From positions 62,001-126,000 of the forward strand of contig NMRA01000139.1 in the NCBI GenBank assembly GCA_002633005.1: a stretch of DNA of 64,000 bases, read 5' to 3'. The notes beneath the pieces are model-generated. The model did not search any database, was not told the origin of the DNA, and was given only the letters and a program-made list of their open reading frames with translations. Source of the DNA: Phoronis australis (taxonomy: Eukaryota > Animalia > Phoronida). Position numbers and translations under genes: made by a program. Each line of letters begins with the position of its first letter. Position 1 is the first letter of the stretch. Below, piece by piece: positions 26,627-37,627 of this stretch.

Positions 26627-26957
26627 CTCAGACAGAAAGGGTGCAAGCTAAAAACAAAAAGGTTTCGACAGGATCTCGATGTGTCGTGTAACCGGAAGTT
26701 GTCAGGTTATGGGTGTAATTGGGCAATAGAAAAACATGGAAACGTGGAAAGTTGTCACCAGAATTAATTTTATGAAGCGATGCGTTTTTCTCGTGTGTCT
26801 TAAATGAACAGTTACACAAGTGCATAATGTCTTTTTTCTGTTTTATTAATTAGCTAATATTTGCAGCATCCGTAACTCATTATCTTTGCACACTTCGCAC
26901 TCGTGTTTCGCTGATTAAAGTTTGGTTTTCTTTCTGCTATCTGTACAGTATTTGATG
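26627..26957. promoter_or_regulatory. putative bidirectional promoter and first non-coding exons of SLC30A5 (-) and IPO11 (+)
   Basis: Divergent consensus donors: GAG|GTAAGT on minus at 26627/26626 and ATG|GTAAGT on plus at 26957/26958. ETS motif CCGGAAGT at 26692-26699. CpG is locally elevated nearby. Both genes have a splice acceptor just upstream of their ATG (25601 and 37610), which requires upstream UTR exons. Confidence 0.6.
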
Positions 26958-27817
26958 GTAAGTATTAATTTGACTAGTGTCAGAAGCTTTGAACACGCAC
27001 AAATGCCAGTCGCAGTTTTGGGGAACAGGCGGGCCCTGTGTTACCAGTTACTGTCACCGGCTGTGTCGGACTCGGGTTCACCTGAGTCTTGAGAAGACTT
27101 GGTGAGAATCCTGAGATGACCTAACGACGTCCTAAGCTTAGCCTAAGCCTTAGGCTAAGACTAAGTTCTAACAACCAATTACACTTGGTTTCCATCATTA
27201 TTTAGTTGAGTTTAGACAACTTGTTATCTTTGCTATCACAACACGTATTCTTGTAACTGTAGGGGTCCCTACGGCTACACTGACACTGTAGCCTACAGTA
27301 ATAAATCATTTGTCATTTAGTAGTTCAGCTCATGAGCCCTGGTGGGCACTAGTCGAATATGATGGACCCTAACTTATTCTAAATAAGTCCACTAAATGTG
27401 GTCTGCATGTATGATTTTGGAATGGTTTCATGCCTCAGACATCTGGCTATCCGCACATACCCTTGTCATGGTCCATTACTCTGTTTTAAAACTACGCACT
27501 TCCGAAGTTGGTCCACTTTAGCCACACGGATTATTGAATCGGCAGCCATTTCATGGAACTCACTATACCTACCACCATCTATCAGTGATCTGCTGCAACA
27601 CGAGCTGATTCCTTTTGCATCAGTTAATGGTCATTGGGTAACTGTCGTCAACTATTAACTTCATCGTTATTATTCATCATTATGTCTGCTCTCGTCATCA
27701 CCGTCATCATCACTCTTACCATCGTATCTGTCATCGTCATGTGTGGTCATCATCAGTGTCCAAGTGACTTGTACTGAAGTCTCGTTTGTCAAATGAGTGA
27801 ACATTACGTGCGTACGA

Positions 27818-28098
27818 TAATTCTTGTTAGAGGCATAAAGTTATTATTTAGAAGCGCAAGTAATTATTTGCAGCATACAATAAGTGCTAACGTCGTAAAG
27901 TAATTATTTGCGGGGTAAAGTAACTTTTAACTTCGTAAAATAGTTGTTTGCGGCGTTAAGTAATTATTTGCGTTGTAAAGTAACTTTTAAAGGCGTGCAA
28001 TTATATGCGGCTTCAAAAACTTTTTAAGGTGTTAAGAAATTATTTGCGGCGTAAAGTAACACCTCTCACTAATTACTTTACGTCTCTAACAAGAATTA
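27818..28098. repeat. MITE-like element with TIRs enclosing ~20-bp tandem units
   Basis: TAATTCTTGTTAGAG ... CTCTAACAAGAATTA ends, with internal repeats of AAAGTAATTATTTGCGGCG / AAAGTAACTTTTAA. Confidence 0.65.
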
Positions 28099-28204
28099 AC
28101 TTTCCTAGGCTCACGGTAGACTTTTAAAGGTATTAGCCAAAATGGCTAAAGCATAGATCTGAAAACTTTTAGCCATTTTCAAAAATTATTAGCCAAACAC
28201 TTTC

Positions 28205-28485
28205 TCGCTATCCTCGGGTTACGGCAGGGATATGCCGGCCACATGAGCATGATGTTAACCTAAAAAAATGGATAGGTGTAAGGTGTTCGCCCCCTATCCT
28301 CGGGTTACGGAGTGGGTACACCGGCTACACGGGCATTTCATTGATGTTGACCCAAAAAATTGGGCAGTGGTTGCCCCTGTCTCCTCGTTACGTATTTCAT
28401 TGGTTTTGACTTAAAAAAATTGGGTAGGGATTTTCCGCTATCCCCGGGTTATGGCGGGGATACGCCAGCCTCGTGGGCATTTTGA
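28205..28485. repeat. degenerate ~70-80-bp tandem repeat (3-4 units)
   Basis: Recurrent CTATCCTCGGGTTACGG...GCCGGCCAC...GATGTTGACC..AAAAAATTGGG. Confidence 0.7.
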
Positions 28486-30399
28486 TGAGCAAAACATTTA
28501 GGTCCAAAATAATTAACATAACTTGTGGCTTCCAAAATAAAGCTAAATCATGTTGACAAGTGAATATAAAATTTACAGTTGAGCATTTCGTTGCGGTAAA
28601 CGAATGATTTCAGGGGAAGTGACGGACATGAAATGGAACATTCGTTTGCTATTTTTAGGACTGGGAATTGAAGTAAGAGTGTCGTTTGTGGCGAGACTTG
28701 ATTTGAGCTGACTGTGAGTCGACATGCGAGTAGTGTACCGCTGACAGGCTCAAGGCCGAAACCAATGAGAACTAGGATTCCTCTTTAAATCATACAAATG
28801 ATAGTATATTTTTTCGATCTGTAAACAACAAATTACAAAACATTATAAACTAATTAATCTAAATAACAATTACTTGTCAAACGCTATCTATAATTCCGAT
28901 ATAAACGTTAATTACTGTAATAAGATTCCTAGCTTATTATTTTGGTAAATCTAGACACATTACTGATCTAACTTCCATGATAACTGCATCATATTCAAAC
29001 ATACTTATATTCAAACATACTTGTATTAAACTATTTAAACTTTCGTTATTTTTTATTCACGCTATTTTTCATAATAGTCAAACATATTTCTGAGTTTTCT
29101 ATTTGACAATAATTCTAAATAAACCTTATTTTACTTAAAAATTACAATACGAATGATAGTAAATAACTACTTACTTCTGTGGAGGAATCAAAGTCCTGCT
29201 ACATCGGTTTTAACTTCATAAACTGCTTCACTACTTCTTAACCCTTTTACATCTCCGTTCTGAACTGCTGTAAAATGCCTCCTAATTCAGAATTTATATG
29301 ATTCTAACCCTATGACTAATAGAGTCACTTTTCATGATTTTACTTGCCCTTACCAAATTTGTCACCGAATTCTCTTGTCAATGAATAGCTGTACTACGAA
29401 CATTGCCATATTTAAAGGTTATTTCTTGGAATATATCCAATTATACATAGAACTCACTACAACTGCTGCACGGAACTATATGAGTAACACTATTACATAA
29501 TAAGCCATGTTTCCTAGAGTCATCAACCCACACACTGCACTCATCCCATCAGCTGTAGTCACATGCCCGATTCTAACGTAAACATAAACACAACAAGTAG
29601 GTTTCCTGAAATTAAGTTTTATTGTCAAATTGTAAAAGCATTCGCCAAGTTGGCGAATGGACTTTGCTCTACCATTGCCAGTGCCGCTCAGAATTCACCA
29701 ATGGCGAGCGGCTAGCGCCAGCCTAGCTTTTGCATTTGGCCAATGAGAGATGTTGGCAAAAAAATTCTTTTCCATTTCAGGGAAAGTCATTGCAGTTATT
29801 CTGCATTTGCCTCTTCACCCTGTTCATAACCCAAACCCCAGTTGCCATTAAATTTGTGTTTGCCCCCTTGTGTTGAAAACTTGTGGGTATGCCAATGGCA
29901 GTGATTGTTATAGATTTGAGGTCTGATCAGCTCCGCATGCAGATCACATGCACCCAAGTTGAATTTGTCACAGACTGATGGGGATGGGCCTGTTCAGTGT
30001 ATATGCGCGTGTCTTAAAAAGGGAAAATGTTCCTTTTGGAATACTTTTCAATTAGTTAGTTCATCTCAAATTGAAAACACTTATCAACACTCAACATTAT
30101 ACCTTTAGTAACAGTTACGTCAATCTGACGCTGCTCACTTGCTCCTTAGTTTTACTCAAGTGCATCAAACACGGGTGCAGCGGTTTAAATGCGTGCGTAT
30201 ACGGTATAGATTTTACGTAAATTAAGTCATAACTGATACGATGAGAAACTGAAGTTCTCAAGGGTACCATATGAAACCATGGCCAAAGCACGGAGACGGT
30301 AAGACAAAGGGTATGCCTACAGCGACTACTGATACATTGTAACCATTTGTTACAATTTGGCATTGTCACACTTATCTTGGCAATTTGAATTAGTGTCAC

Positions 30400-31318
30400 A
30401 TGCTTTCACTTATCGTGATGTCGTTGGACGATGTCTTCGCATGGACTCAAATTGTGCTTCAACGATCGCTCTTAGGCACCATCAGGTTATTCGTCGCCAG
30501 CCTCCCATCTGCAATCAGTGCTTTCTTGCCGTGTCGGGGATTAAATGGACCGGGGGAATCCATCTGTAGGGGCCCAAGCCACAAATCAATGAAGGCATCA
30601 GTTTGAGATGGCTCCCAGTGGTTCGGTTCCCATTTAAAGTTATACCAGCTGGTGCATCTGCTGGACATGGTCGTATTCCTTCTCAGTCCGCTTTGGGGCG
30701 GAGATGCTCGATATAGACAGAACAATGATGATGCAGTGGAATGGTTTTTTCTGTGATGTCTGTAGTAACCACCTGGTCGCGAATCCAAAGCAGGTCGGCG
30801 ATCCTGGCATCGTAATACAAATCGACGAGTCTTTGATGGCGCACAGAAAGAATAACACCGGCCACCCTGTACCCGTGCGGTGAGTGTTTGGGGGCTGTTG
30901 CCCAGTCCAGGGTTTCGAATTTTTGGAATTTGTTCCCGATCGATCTGCACAGACACTGCTTCCAATCATACAGCCTTGCATAAAACCAGGGTCTATTGTG
31001 CTCTCAGACACATGAGCGGCCTACAGTGGCATAGTGAACCTTCCAGTGAATCTTCCATATCAGCATCAGACCATTAATCACAATCAGAACTACGTTGATC
31101 CGATCACAGGTACCCACACCAATCACGTGGAGTGCTTTTGGAAGAACGCGAAATGCGGGTTCAAGGCGATGTGTGGGGCAAATGACGACAAACCAGAAGA
31201 ATATCTGGACGAATTTATGTGGAGGCAGCGCTATGGAAGAACAGCCAATGGCGCCTTCAACAACGTCTGTTGCACATATTTCAGTGACCACAGTACCAGA
31301 CGCCTTGAGCGGCACTGA
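30400..31318 (+). pseudogene. Merlin / ISXO2-like (IS1595 family) DDE transposase pseudogene in IPO11 intron 1
   Basis: The plus strand reads GIVIQIDESLMAHRKNNTG...VFGG...EFVPDRSAQTLLPIIQPCIKPGSIVLSD...YQHQTINHNQNYVDPITGTHTNHVECFWKNAK...YLDEFMWR. These are hallmark IS1595/Merlin motifs, with in-frame TGA codons at conserved Trp positions. Confidence 0.9.
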
Positions 31319-31429
31319 GTGATACCCCCCAGCGGCCCTTTTAAGGACCACCCACATTTCCCCAATTGGACAATGACATAATCAATACATAAACCAAGAA
31401 ATGATCATGACGGTAACTTAGACCAACCC

Positions 31430-31730
31430 TGACAACGACAGTGACGTATATCAGTAACAACAATGGTTACCATAGCGGGAATGATGATGTTGGAGGCGCT
31501 GAAGACTGTAACGATGGCAGCAGTCATAATGAAGCTGACGGTGACGTCGGCTCTGACAGAAGGAAAACTGACGACCTGGCAGTGATGGGCATAAGAGACG
31601 ACGGTGATTGTGATGATGATGGTTGCTGTAACAGTGACGACAATAGCGGCCGCAAGGATGGCGACGCTGAGAACGACAACGGCTATGTCGATGATGACAG
31701 TGGTGACGACAGCACCAAGATATGACAACC
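31430..31730. repeat. GAC/GAT-rich low-complexity trinucleotide region
   Basis: Degenerate (GAC/GAT/GGC)n giving Asp-rich and Val/Thr-rich spurious ORFs on both strands. Confidence 0.7.
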
Positions 31731-32546
31731 CGAAAAAGTCAACTAACGAAAAAGGAACAGCGGGTGTTTTAGCATATCGCCGATAGATGGCTGTAGGTAT
31801 AGTAACTTCCCTGAACTGGCTGCCGATTTGAAAATCCGCTTGGCTAAAGTGGACCAGCTTCAGAATAGCGTAGTTTTAAACCAGAGTAATTTAGGGTCAT
31901 GAATTGGATATGTGCGGATAGCCAGATGTCTGAGGAATGCAACAATACCAAAATCATTCGTGGATTTATTTAGGATAAGTTAGGGTTCATTTTAACAGAG
32001 TAGCGTCATCTTGGTATATATGGAAGTTTTAGAACATAACTGTACTCTGTATATAAAGAAGGGAGTGGAATGAATGCATTTTTGCGGTTAAGAGGTTCCC
32101 CGTCTGTGCTGCCTGCTCTCGGCATGGTTGACAGAGGAGTGGCTTTCTTACAACCTTCTGTACATTTCCGTTTGACTTTGTCTTGCAAGCACATTGAGGG
32201 TGGCGCTTCCGGTGAATCGTATGAGCCTGTTTGTCGCTAAATAGCAATTGCCTATTAGCTGAATGGTTAGCACGCTATTGCACTTCTTTTCGCCTCTAGA
32301 CTGTAACACTGATGCTCACAGATTTTTACCAGATGACGTGATATAAAATTGGTAGATACCTGAATGCCTGCCAATGAGCTACATGAATGTACATAAGTTC
32401 AAATTAAGTTCATCTCCTGGTGAAAAATGATGCGGGTGAAAACTTAAATTGTAGAGTAAATATCGAATAGTAAAACATTGAATCTCTAAGCTTCAATGTT
32501 ATTGAGATACATGTGACCTAAAATCCTCCACTTGCAGCCCTGTTAA

Positions 32547-35500
32547 GAGCAATTCCATATAAAAACCAGATGGTGGGCTATATATGCAAAATCGCCAATT
32601 TTTTTGAAACTTAGCACATCAGCTGGCCTTGTCATAAGAAACCTGAGCCTGAATTTTTGAGAGTTTCCGAGTTTTTTTAAACCCTTTTTACGACCACTTT
32701 GTACTTTTCCGAAAAATAGCAAAAAATAGTACTTGGAAGTAGGTAACTTTTTGTCAGCAACAACACATCATCGCTTCACGCTATAGAAAAAAATAACTAT
32801 ATAGCAGAAAGAAGAAAGAATAAAGTACAAGAAAAACTAGTTCGGATGGATTTTTTGATTTTTTATGTCCTCCCATTTTAGCCTACAAAAATATCATTTT
32901 CACTGCTTATTATTAAGGCCATTTTTACGCATTTTTATCACTCTCCCAAATCTATATCGGATTCTTTTGGAACATGAGTTAACTTCCATCTGTTACTGCT
33001 GTCTTTGTTCAGCCCAACGCAAGAATAAAAAATCTTGTCTCTTTCATAGTTTTTGTGCAGTCAGTTTTTTACATAACTCACTTACACACTTTTCTGCCAA
33101 TCTGTGACTGTCAGTTTGATTAAAAGACTCTAGGAGGCGCTACTCGATTGTGCAATTATCTATCGACCAAAATGCCAAATAGAACAAATATCATTCGTTT
33201 TGGTACATTAGTGACGAAGGAGATCATGGGAAGCTGTATGAGAGATTTTTTCTTCGCGGATTTTCAGTTTTGCTGGTGCAAAAATAAAAATTTGTTATAG
33301 GATTACAGAAATCAAAAAAGTCAATTTTAATGTACTTATGAGTTAATAATACAACCCCATCACCATCTCATACTTCAGAGAAGCAGGTTTTATTCTTATT
33401 AAGGGTGCCCATTACCCATTGCTTGGCCAGTTTTCAAACACCGTAACTGACTAAGAATCCCACGCACTGCCTGCAGTGCATGCTGGTCCATTTTCAGACC
33501 TCCTGGACAAATCCCTGTATATGCGCATGAAAAAGTCCTCTAAAACTATTAGCAAAGTTCATACTAAAACTAATCAAGATCTTCCAGATCACACTTGAAA
33601 AGAGGACGGTGGATACGAGCAGAAGTGTCGTGTTATTGGACATACAAAGTGTCACGCAATGCTTCTTGTACTACACAAAAGCGACCGAGCATGGTGGCAG
33701 TGCGCCAGTGGAATTTGCAATTTCAGAAAAATAACAGGTACGGATATTTACGATTGAAAACATAATAGTTTCAGTGATATCCAAGAAACCGGCTTTCCAA
33801 ACCAGTATTTAAGCAATTGGGTGTTGTTGCGACTTACCAGCTAAAAGTTTCACAATATGTAAATTCCGTTCATGCGGCGGACTCAAAAGCACAGTTTCTT
33901 GTAGGTATGCTAGGTTTAGTGTATGATGCATTTCTACACAACACTTCAAAAAACTGTATTTTGTTTGAAGAAAACAAGAGCTACTGAAACACAAAGTCTT
34001 TTTATTTTGCTCAGTACACATGTCTAAGATAGACGTTTCTCAAAACTAGATAATCACTCCTTTAAAAATCTCAGTAGTTTCAAGAGAATCAATCATGTAA
34101 AAAGTATGCTTTACCAGTCTCAAACTGAACATAAAACAAAAAACGCTAGTAAAAAGTGACAGAAGATTTCAATGTTGACCATCAGTGGCTTGGATTATTT
34201 TCCCCAAACGGCCACCACTCAAATCTCTCCCCCATGGAAGCCCCTAACTCGCGTCATATTCCATTTTTTCCAATTTCGCCCAGGGTGGGCCCCAGCTACG
34301 ATAATGATGACCACAACAATATCGTAAGAATAGACAACAACTAAAACATGTTCATAATTTCCTCGGTTTATGATGATAACTCATTCATGACTTCAAGCTC
34401 CAACTCATTCATTGAGGCAAACTCGTGGGCAGCAGCAGCAGCAGCATCAGCATCTTCAATATTCTGAATATTTCCGATTCGAAACGCGACAACCATACGG
34501 GAAAAAATCCAGCAATCTGCTACTCCGACAGCCACTCTTCAGAGGAAAAAACTTTTCTTTGCTTATTCCTGGCTTCTCGCATCATCTTTTCACAGCCTCA
34601 GCTGGCTGTTGTTTTCTGCCTGACTGTTCACCTTCAGAAAATATATCACTGGGTTAAATCTTTACCTTCTCAGAGAAGCGGACCGCTTTTCTAGTACTTT
34701 TCAGGGCCCTATCCTGCGGCGACTTGATCAATAACGTAAACGGGGGACAACTCAGGTGATGATACAGCTGTGGTAGTGGATGAAATCTCGGATTGTCTTG
34801 AAATGTGGTCGAACTGAGTCTCGTTCTGGAGAGATGATGAATGAGCACCAACATCCAAGTGCTCACTTAGCTCAGCATCTGTAGGAAAAGATTTCGAGCA
34901 CCCATAGTGTGTGCATGTGAACTTCGTATGACGTTCACGGGATACCAGCCCCGACTCAACCCTTGGAGTTGTAAAACACTCGAGTGTTGCAAGGTCAAGA
35001 CTTTTCAGAGGCAACAGTTTACATGACTTGTTGATGACAAGTTTTCCCTCCCCTACTCTATGGGCCTTCCATGCTCGAATGCCATCTGCGGAATACCCAA
35101 AGTTTGTCAGCAAACTTATCCCTGGGATACTGTGCTTGGGAAGGACCTTTGGGGCATTCACACTACATCTAACAGCCTTTGACACCTCCTCTAGACTCTA
35201 GTGCATGTTTCAGGTCGACTGGTTTTTGAACGTTGTTGCCTTCATTGACGATGTACTTGGCATGGGACTTCAAGGGTGCGATTTTCCTGTCACAGATGTC
35301 TTTTCCCTTCTGACTTTCACTGAAGTCGTAGCGCAGAATGGAGATGCCGGTGTTACCAGTTATGTAGAACAAATGAATCAGAAGGGCGGCTGAATGGTAA
35401 CAATTGGCATTGTCGGAGCGTAGGAAAGCTTCCGTTATTTGTGGATCCCTAGCTTTCACCTGCCTTAGCACATCTAGCGTTAAACAGCACACAGTGAAAA

Positions 35501-37287
35501 AGTCTTGCTTGCAGGCATCTAGAGTATGGATGTAGTATGTACCTGAAATACAATAATTATGTAACTCAAATAAGTGAGCTAGTTTAAAGAACTACCTTAT
35601 TATATCTTTATTACCACCTAAACCGCAATCACACCACTCAACTTCAAACATGTTTCGTCTCAACACCGTTATTATATCAGTAGCTCCTTCAAAACAGTTC
35701 TAGGGAGGGGGAAAATTTCCCCTTCACAAAGATATGAAAATCATCCATAAGTACAAAATGGCTTCAGTTAAAATGAAGGCTTGTGTGCAAAATCTACTAA
35801 GAGAAAAATAATGCATCACTGTCAAGCTTTTGTTGGGAAATGACAAGAAAAAGACTAGATATTAAGTGCACACTCCCTGTATCTTGTACTGTTACAGTAA
35901 ATCAATATACTAAAAAGAGGTAAAGGCAACAACATTGTTCATCACTAGCTTTCTGTTTAATATTAGGCACATCTGAGAATTACTTTGTAAAACCTTGAAT
36001 ACTAATTGAGGATTTATTTTTACCTGATGGCTTTCACCTTTCTTTGTGATACAAGCCGCCACGTGCCGTGAGATTCTTTTTACCAAACCAGTCGGACTGT
36101 GCTTCACGGAAACTGATGGGTATGAACTTCATTGCAAAATCCATTACAACCAAAACCTGGTGTGGCGTGAGAGATGACATCAGATCCTGTTTTGCTTGTT
36201 CCTGGTTTATCCCTCTGACAATGTTCTGTGTGTTCGTGATAACAGCACATCAATTTTTGTCTAAAACCAAGTTCAAACTCATGTCGATTTGTAAAATATA
36301 TAACGGGATAACGGCGCATTTCCATTGGTTTGCCAGTCCAACCTCCTATCTCCAGCTCTGGCAAGAATCAGCTGTAATTCCGATATACTTTCAAACTTCT
36401 GTAGCACTTTGCACGACCTCAGATGACTTCTGACGTCTTTTACACAGCTAATGAAGGCCACATTTACTCCGCAATCACACGTATGTAACGGAAATTGACC
36501 AAATGTACAAGAAGAAAATTCCTCCATATTCTTTGCAGTGACAAGATGTACATGTAATCTCGAACCCTAAAGTGCTATTGCTAAAGTTAAACAGAGAATG
36601 GAGTAATTTAGAAAATTGGGGTCTCAAAAATGAAATTTAATTTTTTGTGATATTGCATTGTTGATATTAGATCATATATTTTAGGTGATATCTCTAAACT
36701 AAAAGAGTAGCCTCAACTCTCTTGTCAGTCAGAGTAAGGCCACATCACAAAAAATGCCCAAATTCGAGGGCCATGTTTAGAACTAATTATGTAAGAGACA
36801 AGTTTTTTTAAAAGCAATTATCAAAGTTCAATCTTAGAAGTGTCTACAAAGAGAATTTCAACTTCAAATATATTCCGATATAGCAGGCAGGTTAAGCAAC
36901 ATCTTGCCACTTGTGACTGGCCTGAAAAGTGGTCTCGGAGTTTTCTCCCCTGCTGGAAACTTAATTGTACCTATGAGTTGCAAATTTCATTTTCTTACTA
37001 ACATTACATGAGTCTTTATGACCATCAATGTCAAATTTTGTCACCAGTTTTCCAAGTCTGATTTTTTGCCGTTCAAAAAATGCAGTTTTACTGACATGAA
37101 AAAATGCAAAATATGACTTTATAGCCAAATAGGTCATATCTCGGTAACCAAAGGTCATTGAGTGCAAATATTACAGCAGTGTACTTTGGGCCAGCATCCC
37201 AACACATGCACAAAGTATTAGTTCTGTATGAATTTTTGAGTATATAGTGATTTTTCATTTTCATATGGTTTTTATATGGAATCATTC
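32547..37287 (-). mobile_element. Sola3-like DNA transposon (4.7 kb) with TTAA TSD and an intron-containing, decayed transposase
   Basis: Left end TTAA|GAGCAATTCCATATAAAAACCAGATG; right end (reverse complement) TTAA|GAATGATTCCATATAAAAACCATATG. Minus-strand transposase motifs VMDFAMKFIP..FREAQSDWFGK, LRSDNANCYH and FSESQKGKDICDRKIAPLK, plus a C2H2 finger CTHYGCSKSFPTDAELSEH. Frameshifted. Confidence 0.8.
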
Positions 37288-37627
37288 TTAAATATTTGGA
37301 TTTGGCTTACTAACTCGGCCTTGGCACAATACTGTGTAATAGTCACTAACAGGGCTCTTGCATTTGGGAACCAGTTTTCTCTACCGAATAACGGCATCAA
37401 ACTGGTTCTCAAAATCCATGAACCATTGTCTATTGTCCAATTTGTTTTGTAGACTTTCAAGTTGTGTTAAAACTGTAGTAGTTGTGATTGAGTTCAACCT
37501 AATCAAAATGACATTATTTTCCACTTAAAAAGTCATTAGTATATAAATTAACTCTATTGGGTAATGCTGGTTTTGTATAAGCACTTGTTCTACTCTTCCT
37601 TTTCTCTAGGTTGGTTAACCAATAGGC

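Noticed and set aside
27830-28485. CRISPR-like arrays (also 48640-48910)
   Set aside because: Eukaryotic context, and the units are degenerate tandem repeats without unique spacers or cas genes.
28735-28765. Second hammerhead ribozyme (CTGACAGGC...GCCGAAAC)
   Set aside because: The core CUGANGA is broken and no stem III or cleavage triplet is evident.
30459-31011. Minus-strand ORFs of 168 aa and 123 aa
   Set aside because: They are antisense shadows of the plus-strand Merlin transposase pseudogene.
31405-31786. Asp-rich or hydrophobic ORFs as real proteins
   Set aside because: Artefacts of a trinucleotide low-complexity tract, with no splice context.
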